In this document: positions 1 through 10,286 of the stretch, piece by piece
Position numbering within the stretch: the stretch's first letter is position 1
How the letters are laid out: every line of letters begins with the position of its first letter
The notes under the pieces: model-generated
The model's database searches: none
Told to the model about the DNA's origin: nothing
Seen by the model: the letters and a program-made list of their open reading frames with translations, nothing else
Position numbers and translations under genes: made by a program
Source: Lepidodermella squamata
Taxonomy: Eukaryota > Animalia > Gastrotricha
Assembly: GCA_047495785.1 (NCBI GenBank)
Contig: JBLDXI010000042.1
Span: 1,736,001-1,800,000, forward strand
Reading direction: 5' to 3'
Length of the DNA: 64,000 nt

Positions 1-10
1 TTTTCACCAG

Positions 11-475
11 CCAGTCTTTTTTCGGTGTCTCGGACCAAACGGCGTTGTTACATGCCGACCTTTAGATTGCAACGTTGACGAGAAGAAATATCCAAAGAAA
101 AACTTCACCAGCCAATCAGCTTGTCAAAACGCAGTGAAAACAGTGCAATTTTTCGGTGGAGCCTTTACTCGTTCTTCAGGAGACGGTAATTGCAAGCTGT
201 TCGGTGGGCTATTGGTGACTATCAAAACGCAGGCGGATCTTGACAGAGCCTTGAAAGATCTTATTGCCACGACGTTTGGCCACATTGGCTTGTCCAATAA
301 GTCTGGAAATTGGACGTGGGACGACGGCACGCCGTATACCAACTTCCCGCCCTGGGATTCTGGCGAGCCCAATTTCGGCGCTGATGCCTGTGCCATGCTA
401 TACGATGCTGGGGTCATCCAAGACTCGGGCTGTGACGTTAAAGCGAGCGGTTTTTTTTGTGAAACCTTTGCTTGA
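11..475 (+). CDS. Terminal exon (4-Cys module + C-type lectin domain) of a lectin gene that begins before the window
   Basis: Acceptor ttcaccAG at 9-10; same sequence as 4805-5269; CTLD motifs GGLLVTI, HIGL, WTWDDG, W..GEPN, C..., FFCE. Confidence 0.9.
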   Translation, partial: PVFFRCLGPNGVVTCRPLDCNVDEKKYPKKNFTSQSACQNAVKTVQFFGGAFTRSSGDGNCKLFGGLLVTIKTQADLDRALKDLIATTFGHIGLSNKSGNWTWDDGTPYTNFPPWDSGEPNFGADACAMLYDAGVIQDSGCDVKASGFFCETFA

Positions 476-894
476 AGCTGAAGAAACTTATCGAACTATA
501 TTACGAGCTGATTTGACATTTGACATTTGACTGTCAACTCCTTCCGTGTTGAATATTTAAATGCTGCAATGTATTAAAAATTTATTTTGAGAAATTCTAT
601 GCCTTGAACTCCTTGAATACATACGATATTAATTGTGAAAATAAAATATTATGTTTGGCCCGACTCTTTTAAATCCTCATTCGAAGCTCTTCGCCCCTCA
701 TTATTGGCAACGGAGAAAATAAAACTTGTGAACAGTGGCGTTTATAAGGCCTTCTAAACTTTTTTTAGACCTCATCATCGTAGATTTTGACGCCTTAGGA
801 ATACCCCAGACGCTACTGCATATTTTCCTGCTACAGTTGCCGTTGGATGAAAACTCCGTGTTATTGAAACAGGGACTATACCTGGCATTCTAAC

Positions 895-1181
895 AGCTTC
901 GTTGATAGTGGTTAAGGTTTAGTGCTCAGGCTAAACATCAGATGCGATATTCGTGCGTCGGTTCCATTTCTACTGGCTACTTTCAAAGAACAATTTTGCA
1001 GAGACTCAATGATGCCAGGTTCAGCAACCAGAAAATGCATCCATTCGAGCAGGCGTCAGTCGTGTAACGGTTTAGCATGGTGATGGTTGCCTTCCAAGAA
1101 TAATCATCTGGCTCACGGCGTAGACACGGCTAGTAAAATTAACGCTGATATTCCCCAAATCAGAGTGCGAGAGGTCCCATG
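895..1181 (+). pseudogene. Decayed tRNA gene remnants: Ser/Leu-like ~900-980, 5' half of tRNA-Gly(TCC) 1053-1098, GGTCCCATG start of tRNA-Gln at 1173; repeated at +4794 and +14231
   Basis: TAGTGGTTAAGG A-box-like stretch and GCGTCGGTTCCATTTCTACTGGCTAC T-arm/acceptor-like stretch; GCGTCAGTCGTGTAACGGTTTAGCATGG...TGCCTTCCAAG resembles eukaryotic tRNA-Gly(TCC). No complete cloverleaf. Confidence 0.55.
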
Positions 1182-1301
1182 ATTCACCTCAACGCGCTCA
1201 AAAGGTAACTAATTCACCTCGCAAAGCATCTGAAGCTTCGCAAAGAAAGCAGAGAAAGGTCGAGGTTGATGAGGGAATTTCACATGTTCGCTATTTTAAC
1301 C

Positions 1302-2979
1302 GCTCAATTCCGGGCCCATATTAGTTCCGTCCAGTCAGAGGGTAAAAGTGGACTTAGCGCAAAACGCGCATAAGTCGAAATTTTTAGAAATTTCAAGGCC
1401 GCGTGCGGTAAAGTCAAAGGGCAAGTTTTAGAGGTTTATTACACTTTGATAGAATAGAAAATTACACTTTGATGGCTGTGTAAATTACACTTTGATAAGT
1501 AGATGAATCATATTATTGTCGATTTTTTTTCTGCTGCGCTGCTTTTCTCTTCGAGAAAATACGCTAAGTCAGAGATTTCAGCTGATAGCTGATCACTCAA
1601 ACAACAAGACAATACTTTGCCCCATTACCATGCGAGCGGAGCGAGCATGTGAGCCGGCCTCGGTAGTTTTTGTGTTGAGTCATAATGAAGTGTTGGTTTA
1701 TTAGGTAAATTAGAAAAACAATTCCTCAGCCCGCAGGCTAAATAGGAGATTACCGGGCTGTTAGTGGCCCCTCAGTGTTAGCAAATTGAATATGCACAGC
1801 TACGGCTCCGCGTATTAAGCGAGGTCGACAGAATGACAAATAACTATAAATATACAGTGTTCATTATAATGTTAATACGGGAATACTTCCAAGCCAACGC
1901 CTCGGGCCGCCGCTTTGCGCGTGCCGCCACCCGAGGCCCAACCGCTGCCTGCATCGACGAAAATCTACAGATAGTCCATCAGCCACCAAAAGGAACCAAC
2001 CACTCATTGCCTCGGGCCGCCGTTTGGTGCGTGCCGCCACCCGAGGCCCAACTGCTACCAGGATCGACGATCCGCAAACTAAGAACATGCCTTAAGGACC
2101 ATGCCTCGGCATTACAATTCAATTTTAAAAAGTCTAAGATCTAGGACAAGAAAACAGAAAACATAGCCGGACTCGAACCGGGGCCGGCACATAACAAAAT
2201 ACGATTTAACCGGACCCGAACCGATTGCCTTTCACATACATAGAGATTTTGAAAAGATAATTTGAAAAGACCTAGGGGACTAGAGAAAGAAATAAGATAG
2301 AAGAGAGGAACTGAGAGGGAACCTACAGCGCACGGATAGCATCTATCCGCCACTAGTCAGGAACCGGAAAGGTCCGGCCGCGCAGGGAGCGATAAGTACG
2401 GGGAGAGTTTTCAAAATTACCAAAGTTTAAGTGATACTTTTTTATTGGGGTCCCGTGCTACGATGGGTTACGTTCCGTCCTGGTCAATGATTTGCATATG
2501 CACACGTGCTTGTGTGTGCAACAAATGCTGTGCGCGCGTGCAAATCGACACAAAAAAACTAGCAACAGGAGCTGGGCGCGATCGCTTAGCGCTAAAATTG
2601 CAGTACTGTTGATGATCCTTCGCAGTAAAAACTGTCGCGCATATGCAAATCAACGCTATTTCTTTGCCGCATCTCACTAAAAAAGGTGGTGATTGCTTTT
2701 TGATTGAAGATTACGCATTATCGCCGGTTAGTTATTATGCCCGTTTTACTCTCCGGTAGTTTACTGCGATGAAGCTAGTTTTTTGGAAGGGCACCCCGGC
2801 CCCCTGGGGAAAGCTGGCTGGTAGGTTTTTGGCAGGCCTTTCACAAGGTCTTCAAAAAGCTGCCAGCTAAGTTTTCCCCAGGGGGCTGAGGGTGCTCTTT
2901 TTAAAGCTAGTTTTATCAAAGTGTAATTTTCATTTATCAAAGTCTAGGGTATCATGATTTAGGCGGTTTTTATACCAAA
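1302..2979. mobile_element. Right-truncated copy of a non-autonomous MULE-like TIR element
   Basis: Left TIR GCTCAATTCCGGGCCCATATTAGTTCCGTCC preceded by ATTTTAACC; lacks the last 126 bp present in the full copy at 15533-17336. Confidence 0.85.
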
Positions 2980-2993
2980 TTATTTATTTGATT

Positions 2994-3058
2994 CCATAAA
3001 TAGAAATACGTGACTCCTGAAAAAGGTCATTTTTAATTCGGACGCAACGATCGCGTGC
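2994..3058 (+). promoter_or_regulatory. Conserved upstream block of type A lectin genes: ATAAATAG box, TACGTGA, AATTCGGAC, TCGCGTGC
   Basis: The same motif order is retained upstream of diverged paralogs at ~33517-33594, ~38753-38820 and, on the minus strand, ~20955-21020 and ~60020-60075. Confidence 0.6.
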
Positions 3059-3125
3059 CATTTTAGTTCCGTTCGGATATTTTTTAAAAGCCTTCATTCG
3101 AGTTTTTTTCAACATCATATTAAAC

Positions 3126-5269
3126 ATGATGAAAGCTTCAGGTCTTTTCTTTTTATTTTGCCTCTTTGGAGGTGTTTCGTGCCAATGGAAGCGCTGTATG
3201 TCACTTCTCGACAACTCATTCATTGACTGTGCGATGTCTTGTGATTTATTGAATGAATATCAGGTTTTTTTAATGATTTTTTCACCTTTTCATCATCATT
3301 GGCAACCAATTTTTCTATTTGTAGTCCGGCTCCAGCATTTCCACTTATGATTTGTGTCGAAGTGGGGTGAGCAATCATGAAACACTAATTCCAAATCAGA
3401 TTTCATTTCCCGGAACAGAATGGCCGCATGTGTTACAAATTTGCCACCTTAACTCCTAGTTGCCGCCCAGGAATTGTTCCGTGCAAAGCTCCGGATGAAA
3501 TATCGGTGCGTTATTGTGTACATTTATTCTAGCCTATCGCTTTTTTCTCGATCAGTTTCAGCCTTTCTACAGCCGATCGATACTTCGCTCAAGTTTGCAA
3601 TTCTGCGAAGTCGACAGGACTAATTTTGCGGTATTTTGCGATTTGAATTAATTAAATTAATTAAAACTTGTATTTGTTCCAGATTCAAAATTTCAAGCAG
3701 TGCTCATTGAATGGCACTCTGGTCACTTGCGTCCCAATCAATCAAACGTGCCCTGACATCACTGTAAGTCTTGTTTAAAAGCGTTTGAAAATTAACAGTG
3801 ATGTCTGTGAACTATTCAGAAAAAATTAATTAATTCATGAAACCTCAAAGTATAATAAAAAATTAGTTTGAAAAATCAATTCCCGTATCCGAAATGTATT
3901 TATCGAAATTCCTAAATTTAGGGAGATGGGGGAATAATTTTGTAAATATTATCTTTTTGGGAATTCCGCTTTATCTGTCTTATACATGTAATTTTATTTT
4001 TGTTCACAAGGCTACTGGTGCTCGAACATATTCCAACCTTGCAACTTGCGTCGACGGGAAGAGTGAATTTCCTAATTCATTAATTTTGCTCTTGTAGATC
4101 AATTTATTTTCAGTTCTGGTGCCAGACAGTGAGAAGCCTCATGTTCGCTGTTTCAGCAACCCTGGTCGAATCTTCAATGGCTGTCGCCTCAGCTCAATCG
4201 GCTGCTTTCCTAACAATGAGACCCAAGAAGCATCCCCGAAGCCGTACATCAACCGAGATAACTGCCTTCGAGGGGTAAGTTCAATTTCGAACTCAATTCT
4301 CTCAGTCATAGCCCGACTGTTGATTCCAGGCTGCAGCTCAGTGCGACTCAAACGGAACGAAGCTTTGCGTTGGAAGAGAATGCCCTGCGGGATCGACCCA
4401 GGTAACAAACATTTTTGAAAGTTTTCTTTCGAGAAACTCAAAATTGGAAGAAAAATTGAAATTAGTAGCCTTGTCCTTTTTATGCCTTATTTTCGTGCAG
4501 TCCGATAGGGCTCCTAGAAGTGAAGCAAAATTCATTTTGAGTTTCTTTAATCCAACTGGAATTTACAAATTTCCTTGTAATTAGGTTAAAATCCTCAGCC
4601 TTCGTAATAAAATGGAAGAAAATGTGACAATCAAGTGGATTTTTGGAATTTGTGCTATACCCATTTTTGTCTTTCAGTGGAAGCTCTACTTTAATACGAC
4701 AGCCTTCCAAACAAATTACGAGACTTGCTTAGCAGATATTAAGCCGGTATGTTTGTAGTGATTTGTTGGCGTTTTGTGGCCGTGAAATTGCGTTTTTTCA
4801 CCAGCCAGTCTTTTTTCGGTGTCTCGGACCAAACGGCGTTGTTACATGCCGACCTTTAGATTGCAACGTTGACGAGAAGAAATATCCAAAGAAAAACTTC
4901 ACCAGCCAATCAGCTTGTCAAAACGCAGTGAAAACAGTGCAATTTTTCGGTGGAGCCTTTACTCGTTCTTCAGGAGACGGTAATTGCAAGCTGTTCGGTG
5001 GGCTATTGGTGACTATCAAAACGCAGGCGGATCTTGACAGAGCCTTGAAAGATCTTATTGCCACGACGTTTGGCCACATTGGCTTGTCCAATAAGTCTGG
5101 AAATTGGACGTGGGACGACGGCACGCCGTATACCAACTTCCCGCCCTGGGATTCTGGCGAGCCCAATTTCGGCGCTGATGCCTGTGCCATGCTATACGAT
5201 GCTGGGGTCATCCAAGACTCGGGCTGTGACGTTAAAGCGAGCGGTTTTTTTTGTGAAACCTTTGCTTGA
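3126..5269 (+). CDS. Type A secreted C-type lectin, 10 exons, ~413 aa (signal peptide, six 4-Cys modules, EPN-type CTLD)
   Basis: Exons 3126-3263, 3325-3366, 3419-3505, 3556-3630, 3683-3763, 4011-4062, 4114-4274, 4330-4401, 4678-4746, 4805-5269. All introns GT-AG, frame continuous, exons conserved in paralogs. Confidence 0.9.
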
Positions 5270-7499
5270 AGCTGAAGAAACTTATCGAACTATATTACGA
5301 GCTGATTTGACATTTGACATTTGACTGTCAACTCCTTCCGTGTTGAATATTTAAATGCTGCAATGTATTAAAAATTTATTTTGAGAAATTCTATGCCTTG
5401 AACTCCTTGAATACATACGATATTAATTGTGAAAATAAAATATTATGTTTGGCCCGACTCTTTTAAATCCTCATTCGAAGCTCTTCGCCCCTCATTATTG
5501 GCAACGGAGAAAATAAAACTTGTGAACAGTGGCGTTTATAAGGCCTTCTAAACTTTTTTTAGACCTCATCATCGTAGATTTTGACGCCTTAGGAATACCC
5601 CAGACGCTACTGCATATTTTCCTGCTACAGTTGCCGTTGGATGAAAACTCCGTGTTATTGAAACAGGGACTATACCTGGCATTCTAACAGCTTCGTTGAT
5701 AGTGGTTAAGGTTTAGTGCTCAGGCTAAACATCAGATGCGATATTCGTGCGTCGGTTCCATTTCTACTGGCTACTTTCAAAGAACAATTTTGCAGAGACT
5801 CAATGATGCCAGGTTCAGCAACCAGAAAATGCATCCATTCGAGCAGGCGTCAGTCGTGTAACGGTTTAGCATGGTGATGGTTGCCTTCCAAGAATAATCA
5901 TCTGGCTCACGGCGTAGACACGGCTAGTAAAATTAACGCTGATATTCCCCAAATCAGAGTGCGAGAGGTCCCATGATTCACCTCAACGCGCTCAAAAGGT
6001 AACTAATTCACCTCGCAAAGCATCTGAAGCTTCGCAAAGAAAGCAGAGAAAGGTCGAGGTTGATGAGGGAATTTCACATGTTCGCTATTTTAACCGCTCA
6101 ATTCCGGGCCCATATTAGTTCCGTCCAGTCAGAGGGTAAAAGTGGACTTAGCGCAAAACGCGCATAAGTCGAAATTTTTAGAAATTTCAAGGCCGCGTGC
6201 GGTAAAGTCAAAGGGCAAGTTTTAGAGGTTTATTACACTTTGATAGAATAGAAAATTACACTTTGATGGCTGTGTAAATTACACTTTGATAAGTAGATGA
6301 ATCATATTATTGTCGATTTTTTTTCTGCTGCGCTGCTTTTCTCTTCGAGAAAATACGCTAAGTCAGAGATTTCAGCTGATAGCTGATCACTCAAACAACA
6401 AGACAATACTTTGCCCCATTACCATGCGAGCGGAGCGAGCATGTGAGCCGGCCTCGGTAGTTTTTGTGTTGAGTCATAATGAAGTGTTGGTTTATTAGGT
6501 AAATTAGAAAAACAATTCCTCAGCCCGCAGGCTAAATAGGAGATTACCGGGCTGTTAGTGGCCCCTCAGTGTTAGCAAATTGAATATGCACAGCTACGGC
6601 TCCGCGTATTAAGCGAGGTCGACAGAATGACAAATAACTATAAATATACAGTGTTCATTATAATGTTAATACGGGAATACTTCCAAGCCAACGCCTCGGG
6701 CCGCCGCTTTGCGCGTGCCGCCACCCGAGGCCCAACCGCTGCCTGCATCGACGAAAATCTACAGATAGTCCATCAGCCACCAAAAGGAACCAACCACTCA
6801 TTGCCTCGGGCCGCCGTTTGGTGCGTGCCGCCACCCGAGGCCCAACTGCTACCAGGATCGACGATCCGCAAACTAAGAACATGCCTTAAGGACCATGCCT
6901 CGGCATTACAATTCAATTTTAAAAAGTCTAAGATCTAGGACAAGAAAACAGAAAACATAGCCGGACTCGAACCGGGGCCGGCACATAACAAAATACGATT
7001 TAACCGGACCCGAACCGATTGCCTTTCACATACATAGAGATTTTGAAAAGATAATTTGAAAAGACCTAGGGGACTAGAGAAAGAAATAAGATAGAAGAGA
7101 GGAACTGAGAGGGAACCTACAGCGCACGGATAGCATCTATCCGCCACTAGTCAGGAACCGGAAAGGTCCGGCCGCGCAGGGAGCTTTTTTTTCCAACGGT
7201 CTTGTTTTATTGGAAAAACGGTCTCTTGTTTAACAACTTCTGACCGACAGTAGTAGCAATGATATCAAATGCAGCAAATCTTAACAATTACAGCATATGT
7301 TATGCGTTTCATCTTTTTATAAAAAACAAGAAATATATATGACAACGCACACACTCATTTACAGTCGTGGCACAGGGCTAATGTGGTTTTGTTGTTTATT
7401 TTATTTTGTGTATATATGTGTATTGTGTATGGGTTTTTGTTGTTTTATTTTCTGTATTAAACTGACTGATGCTCATATAAATACATAGATAGACAAGGC

Positions 7500-10286
7500 C
7501 TAACGGCCCACAAAATTGATGAACTGTCCGAGCGGGGTACCAGCCACGCCCCACTCTCGACGATGGTCGGCGATCATGGCGGCGACTGGTGGCACGAACT
7601 GCATAGCCCGATCAGCAAAGCCGACTGCTAGTTTCAGCCAGCGGCGTTCCAGCGGCTCCACTCCAGTTAGGCGGTAGAGCTCAGATTCGTCCTGCTTGTC
7701 CAGAATAGACGAGCCGATGATCGCCCGCAAACAGTTGTTCTGCAGCACGATCAAGCGCTTTTTCTGCGCATACGACGCATCCAACCAGGCCACACAGCAG
7801 TATTCAAGAACCGGTCTCACGATCGTCAGATACAGCAACTTCCGCGAGGCAAAGCCAAGCGGCGAACCAGGAAAGCAGACCCGGCGAAGAGCCCCGAGTC
7901 GAGATCGCGCATCCGCCTCGATGTTGTCGAAATGCGGCTTCCACGATCCGATCGCGTCAAACGTGACACCCAGGTACTTCGCCGTCGCGACCTTCGGCAG
8001 CTTCTCGTCACCCACAAACAGCCGGTCGTCGTCGTTGACTTGTCCGCCAAACCGCAACATTTGGCACTTCGGCGGACTAAGCGGCAACTTCCAGAGTCTG
8101 CTCCATCGAGAGACCCGCGTCAGCGCCGTCTGCACCCGCTGCTTCGCCATCCCAGTGTAGCAAGCCACAGCGAACAAGAGCACGTCGTCAGCGAACGAAG
8201 CGGTGAAGGCCTTGCGCTCGTCGCTGTTGTTGTCCGGCATCAAGTCCGCTGTGAAAAATGCAAAGAGTATAGGGCTCAATGAGGATCCTTGCGGAACCCC
8301 TGAGCCGATATCTGCTGTCTCACTGAAGGAGCTACTCACCTTGACCGTAAAGGTCCGGCCGGTCAGGAAGGACGAGACCCAGCGCACCATTGATCTTGGA
8401 ACAGCGACGCAGTCTCGAAGCTTCACGCGCAGCGAGTTGTGACACACCGCGTTGAAGGCGCCTTCGAAGTCCAGCAGGGCCGCGATCATCACCATCTTCG
8501 TTCGACGACGCCGCGCCATCGCTCTGGCCTGCGAGAATCGGAAAGTTTGATCGCTCGTCGATCGGCGTATCTGAAAACCAGACTGATGATCAGGAATTAT
8601 ATTATTTGTCCTGAAAAGAAGAGCTAGCCTAGTAGCCAAAATGAGCTCTAGCAGCTTCGCAACTGTCGGAAGAAGCGACACGGGACGGTAACCTGACGGT
8701 TTCGACAAGTCCTTCCCTGACCTCGGAAGCGGGACGATAACGGCCAACTTCCACCTCTCCGGCACGAACCCACAAGCTAGGCTATAATTGTACAAATGGC
8801 GCAGATACGCCCAAAGTACCGGCCCACCCTTCTTGATGAGCACGTTCGAAATCTCATCACGGCCTGGAGCCTTGAGCTTCAAACGTCGAACCGCGCTTCT
8901 CATCTCAGCCCTTGAGATCATGACTTTCACGTCAATCTTCTTGGTCTCAATCGGGTTAAATAACTCCCGATCCTCTTGAACAATCCTTTCGACCTCGGCA
9001 TGATGTGCCTTGATCTCTGGATCATTCTCGACCTTCGGCTTAGGGTTCAACTGAGACTTGTAATGATCGCGGAACAACTCGGCTCTAGCCGCGTCACCGA
9101 CAACCAGCTCACCTGCCTCGTTGGTCAGGGTGCGGATCGCTGGTCCTGGTGCCGACCCACTCTCCGCTGTGATCTCACGAAAAGCCCGGAAGAACGCCCC
9201 CGAATCTACCCTTCTACGCTTTTCCATCCGCTGAAGGTTACGCGTGTGCTTGCGCTCTTCAGCTAAGGCTGCTAACTCTTTGAAACGAGCATAGAACGCG
9301 TCCGCCCTGGCCTGAAACACAGGGTTTCCCGTAGAACGGTACTGCCGCAACGCTTTATGTCTACGCTCGATCAACGCAGCCATCTGCGGTGTCGACCTGT
9401 ACTTTTTCAGCTGTTTTGCTAACACCGTTGGCACTGATCTATCACGTGCCTCCTGCATGGCTTTATTGATTTCGCCATCGAACCTTCGTACCTCCTCATC
9501 ACTCGCTATTGCAGGCAAGGGAATCTTCAGCAGCTTATCTGTCACAACTGCCTGATAGAATCCTTCGTTCATCTTATTATAGTCGAACCTCACCTTGGGA
9601 TAGGGAGAACGACTAGCGCTAAGTTCGAAATCGACAGCAACCAGGTTGTGGTCACTGCCGTAGCACCCGCCCACATCGGGTACCCCGAACTGACCGGCCA
9701 AGTCCGGCGAAGCCAGCCATAAATCTAGCTGCCCGCCATGCTTGTGCGTCGGTACCCCAGCGCTAATGAGCTCTAACGAGCCATCCTCTACAAGCCTGAG
9801 CACTTCTCTACCCGCCCCGTTGTCCCGCTTATCTCCTGCCCACAGTCGCCTATGGTGACAGTTGAAATCACCACAAACAACCACCGGCCCGTGCAACGCA
9901 AGTTCTCGCAGAAAGGTTGCATCGAAGGCCCGCTCGCCGTTAGGAACGTAGACTGTAACAAAAGTCACCGTCTCCTGACCCGAGCATGCTACATCCAACG
10001 CCATCCACTCTACGTTCTCGCCTGTGCCGTTCCGCTGTCGGACGACCTCAAGGCCCTCTTTCACCCAGGCTGCTAAACCCCGTCTGCCCGCCTCGATTCC
10101 GTCGACCACCTGGTTGAAGGTGAACAACTTGAAGCCAGGCAACTCTATCTGCGTGGCTGCTTTGAACCACGACTCTACCCCGAAGAACAACTCGCACTCT
10201 GACTCATCTACAGCTAACTGAAACTCGTACGGCCTACTGGCAATGCCGTAGCCGTTCCAAACTCCAAGTCTTACTGATCTTGGCAT
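7500..10286 (-). CDS. LINE ORF2: APE endonuclease + reverse transcriptase, 928 aa, no RNase H evident
   Basis: APE motifs WNGYGI, ESW, VYVP, GDFNCHH, LDLWL, SDH; RT motifs KAPGRDEI, YRPVSLL, QSGF, LDFEGAFN, GVPQGSSLSPILF, FADD, KYLGVTFD. Confidence 0.97.
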   Translation of the reverse strand: MPRSVRLGVWNGYGIASRPYEFQLAVDESECELFFGVESWFKAATQIELPGFKLFTFNQVVDGIEAGRRGLAAWVKEGLEVVRQRNGTGENVEWMALDVACSGQETVTFVTVYVPNGERAFDATFLRELALHGPVVVCGDFNCHHRRLWAGDKRDNGAGREVLRLVEDGSLELISAGVPTHKHGGQLDLWLASPDLAGQFGVPDVGGCYGSDHNLVAVDFELSASRSPYPKVRFDYNKMNEGFYQAVVTDKLLKIPLPAIASDEEVRRFDGEINKAMQEARDRSVPTVLAKQLKKYRSTPQMAALIERRHKALRQYRSTGNPVFQARADAFYARFKELAALAEERKHTRNLQRMEKRRRVDSGAFFRAFREITAESGSAPGPAIRTLTNEAGELVVGDAARAELFRDHYKSQLNPKPKVENDPEIKAHHAEVERIVQEDRELFNPIETKKIDVKVMISRAEMRSAVRRLKLKAPGRDEISNVLIKKGGPVLWAYLRHLYNYSLACGFVPERWKLAVIVPLPRSGKDLSKPSGYRPVSLLPTVAKLLELILATRLALLFRTNNIIPDHQSGFQIRRSTSDQTFRFSQARAMARRRRTKMVMIAALLDFEGAFNAVCHNSLRVKLRDCVAVPRSMVRWVSSFLTGRTFTVKVSSSFSETADIGSGVPQGSSLSPILFAFFTADLMPDNNSDERKAFTASFADDVLLFAVACYTGMAKQRVQTALTRVSRWSRLWKLPLSPPKCQMLRFGGQVNDDDRLFVGDEKLPKVATAKYLGVTFDAIGSWKPHFDNIEADARSRLGALRRVCFPGSPLGFASRKLLYLTIVRPVLEYCCVAWLDASYAQKKRLIVLQNNCLRAIIGSSILDKQDESELYRLTGVEPLERRWLKLAVGFADRAMQFVPPVAAMIADHRREWGVAGTPLGQFINFVGR

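Noticed and set aside
1720-1790. Possible twister or hammerhead ribozyme on the minus strand (TAACACTG...AGCCCGG)
   Set aside because: The conserved CGGT..AAGC core, pseudoknot partners and CTGANGA/GAAA motifs are missing.
1833-2144. 103-aa ORF within the MULE-like element
   Set aside because: It arises from the GC-rich hairpin repeats and has no recognisable domain.
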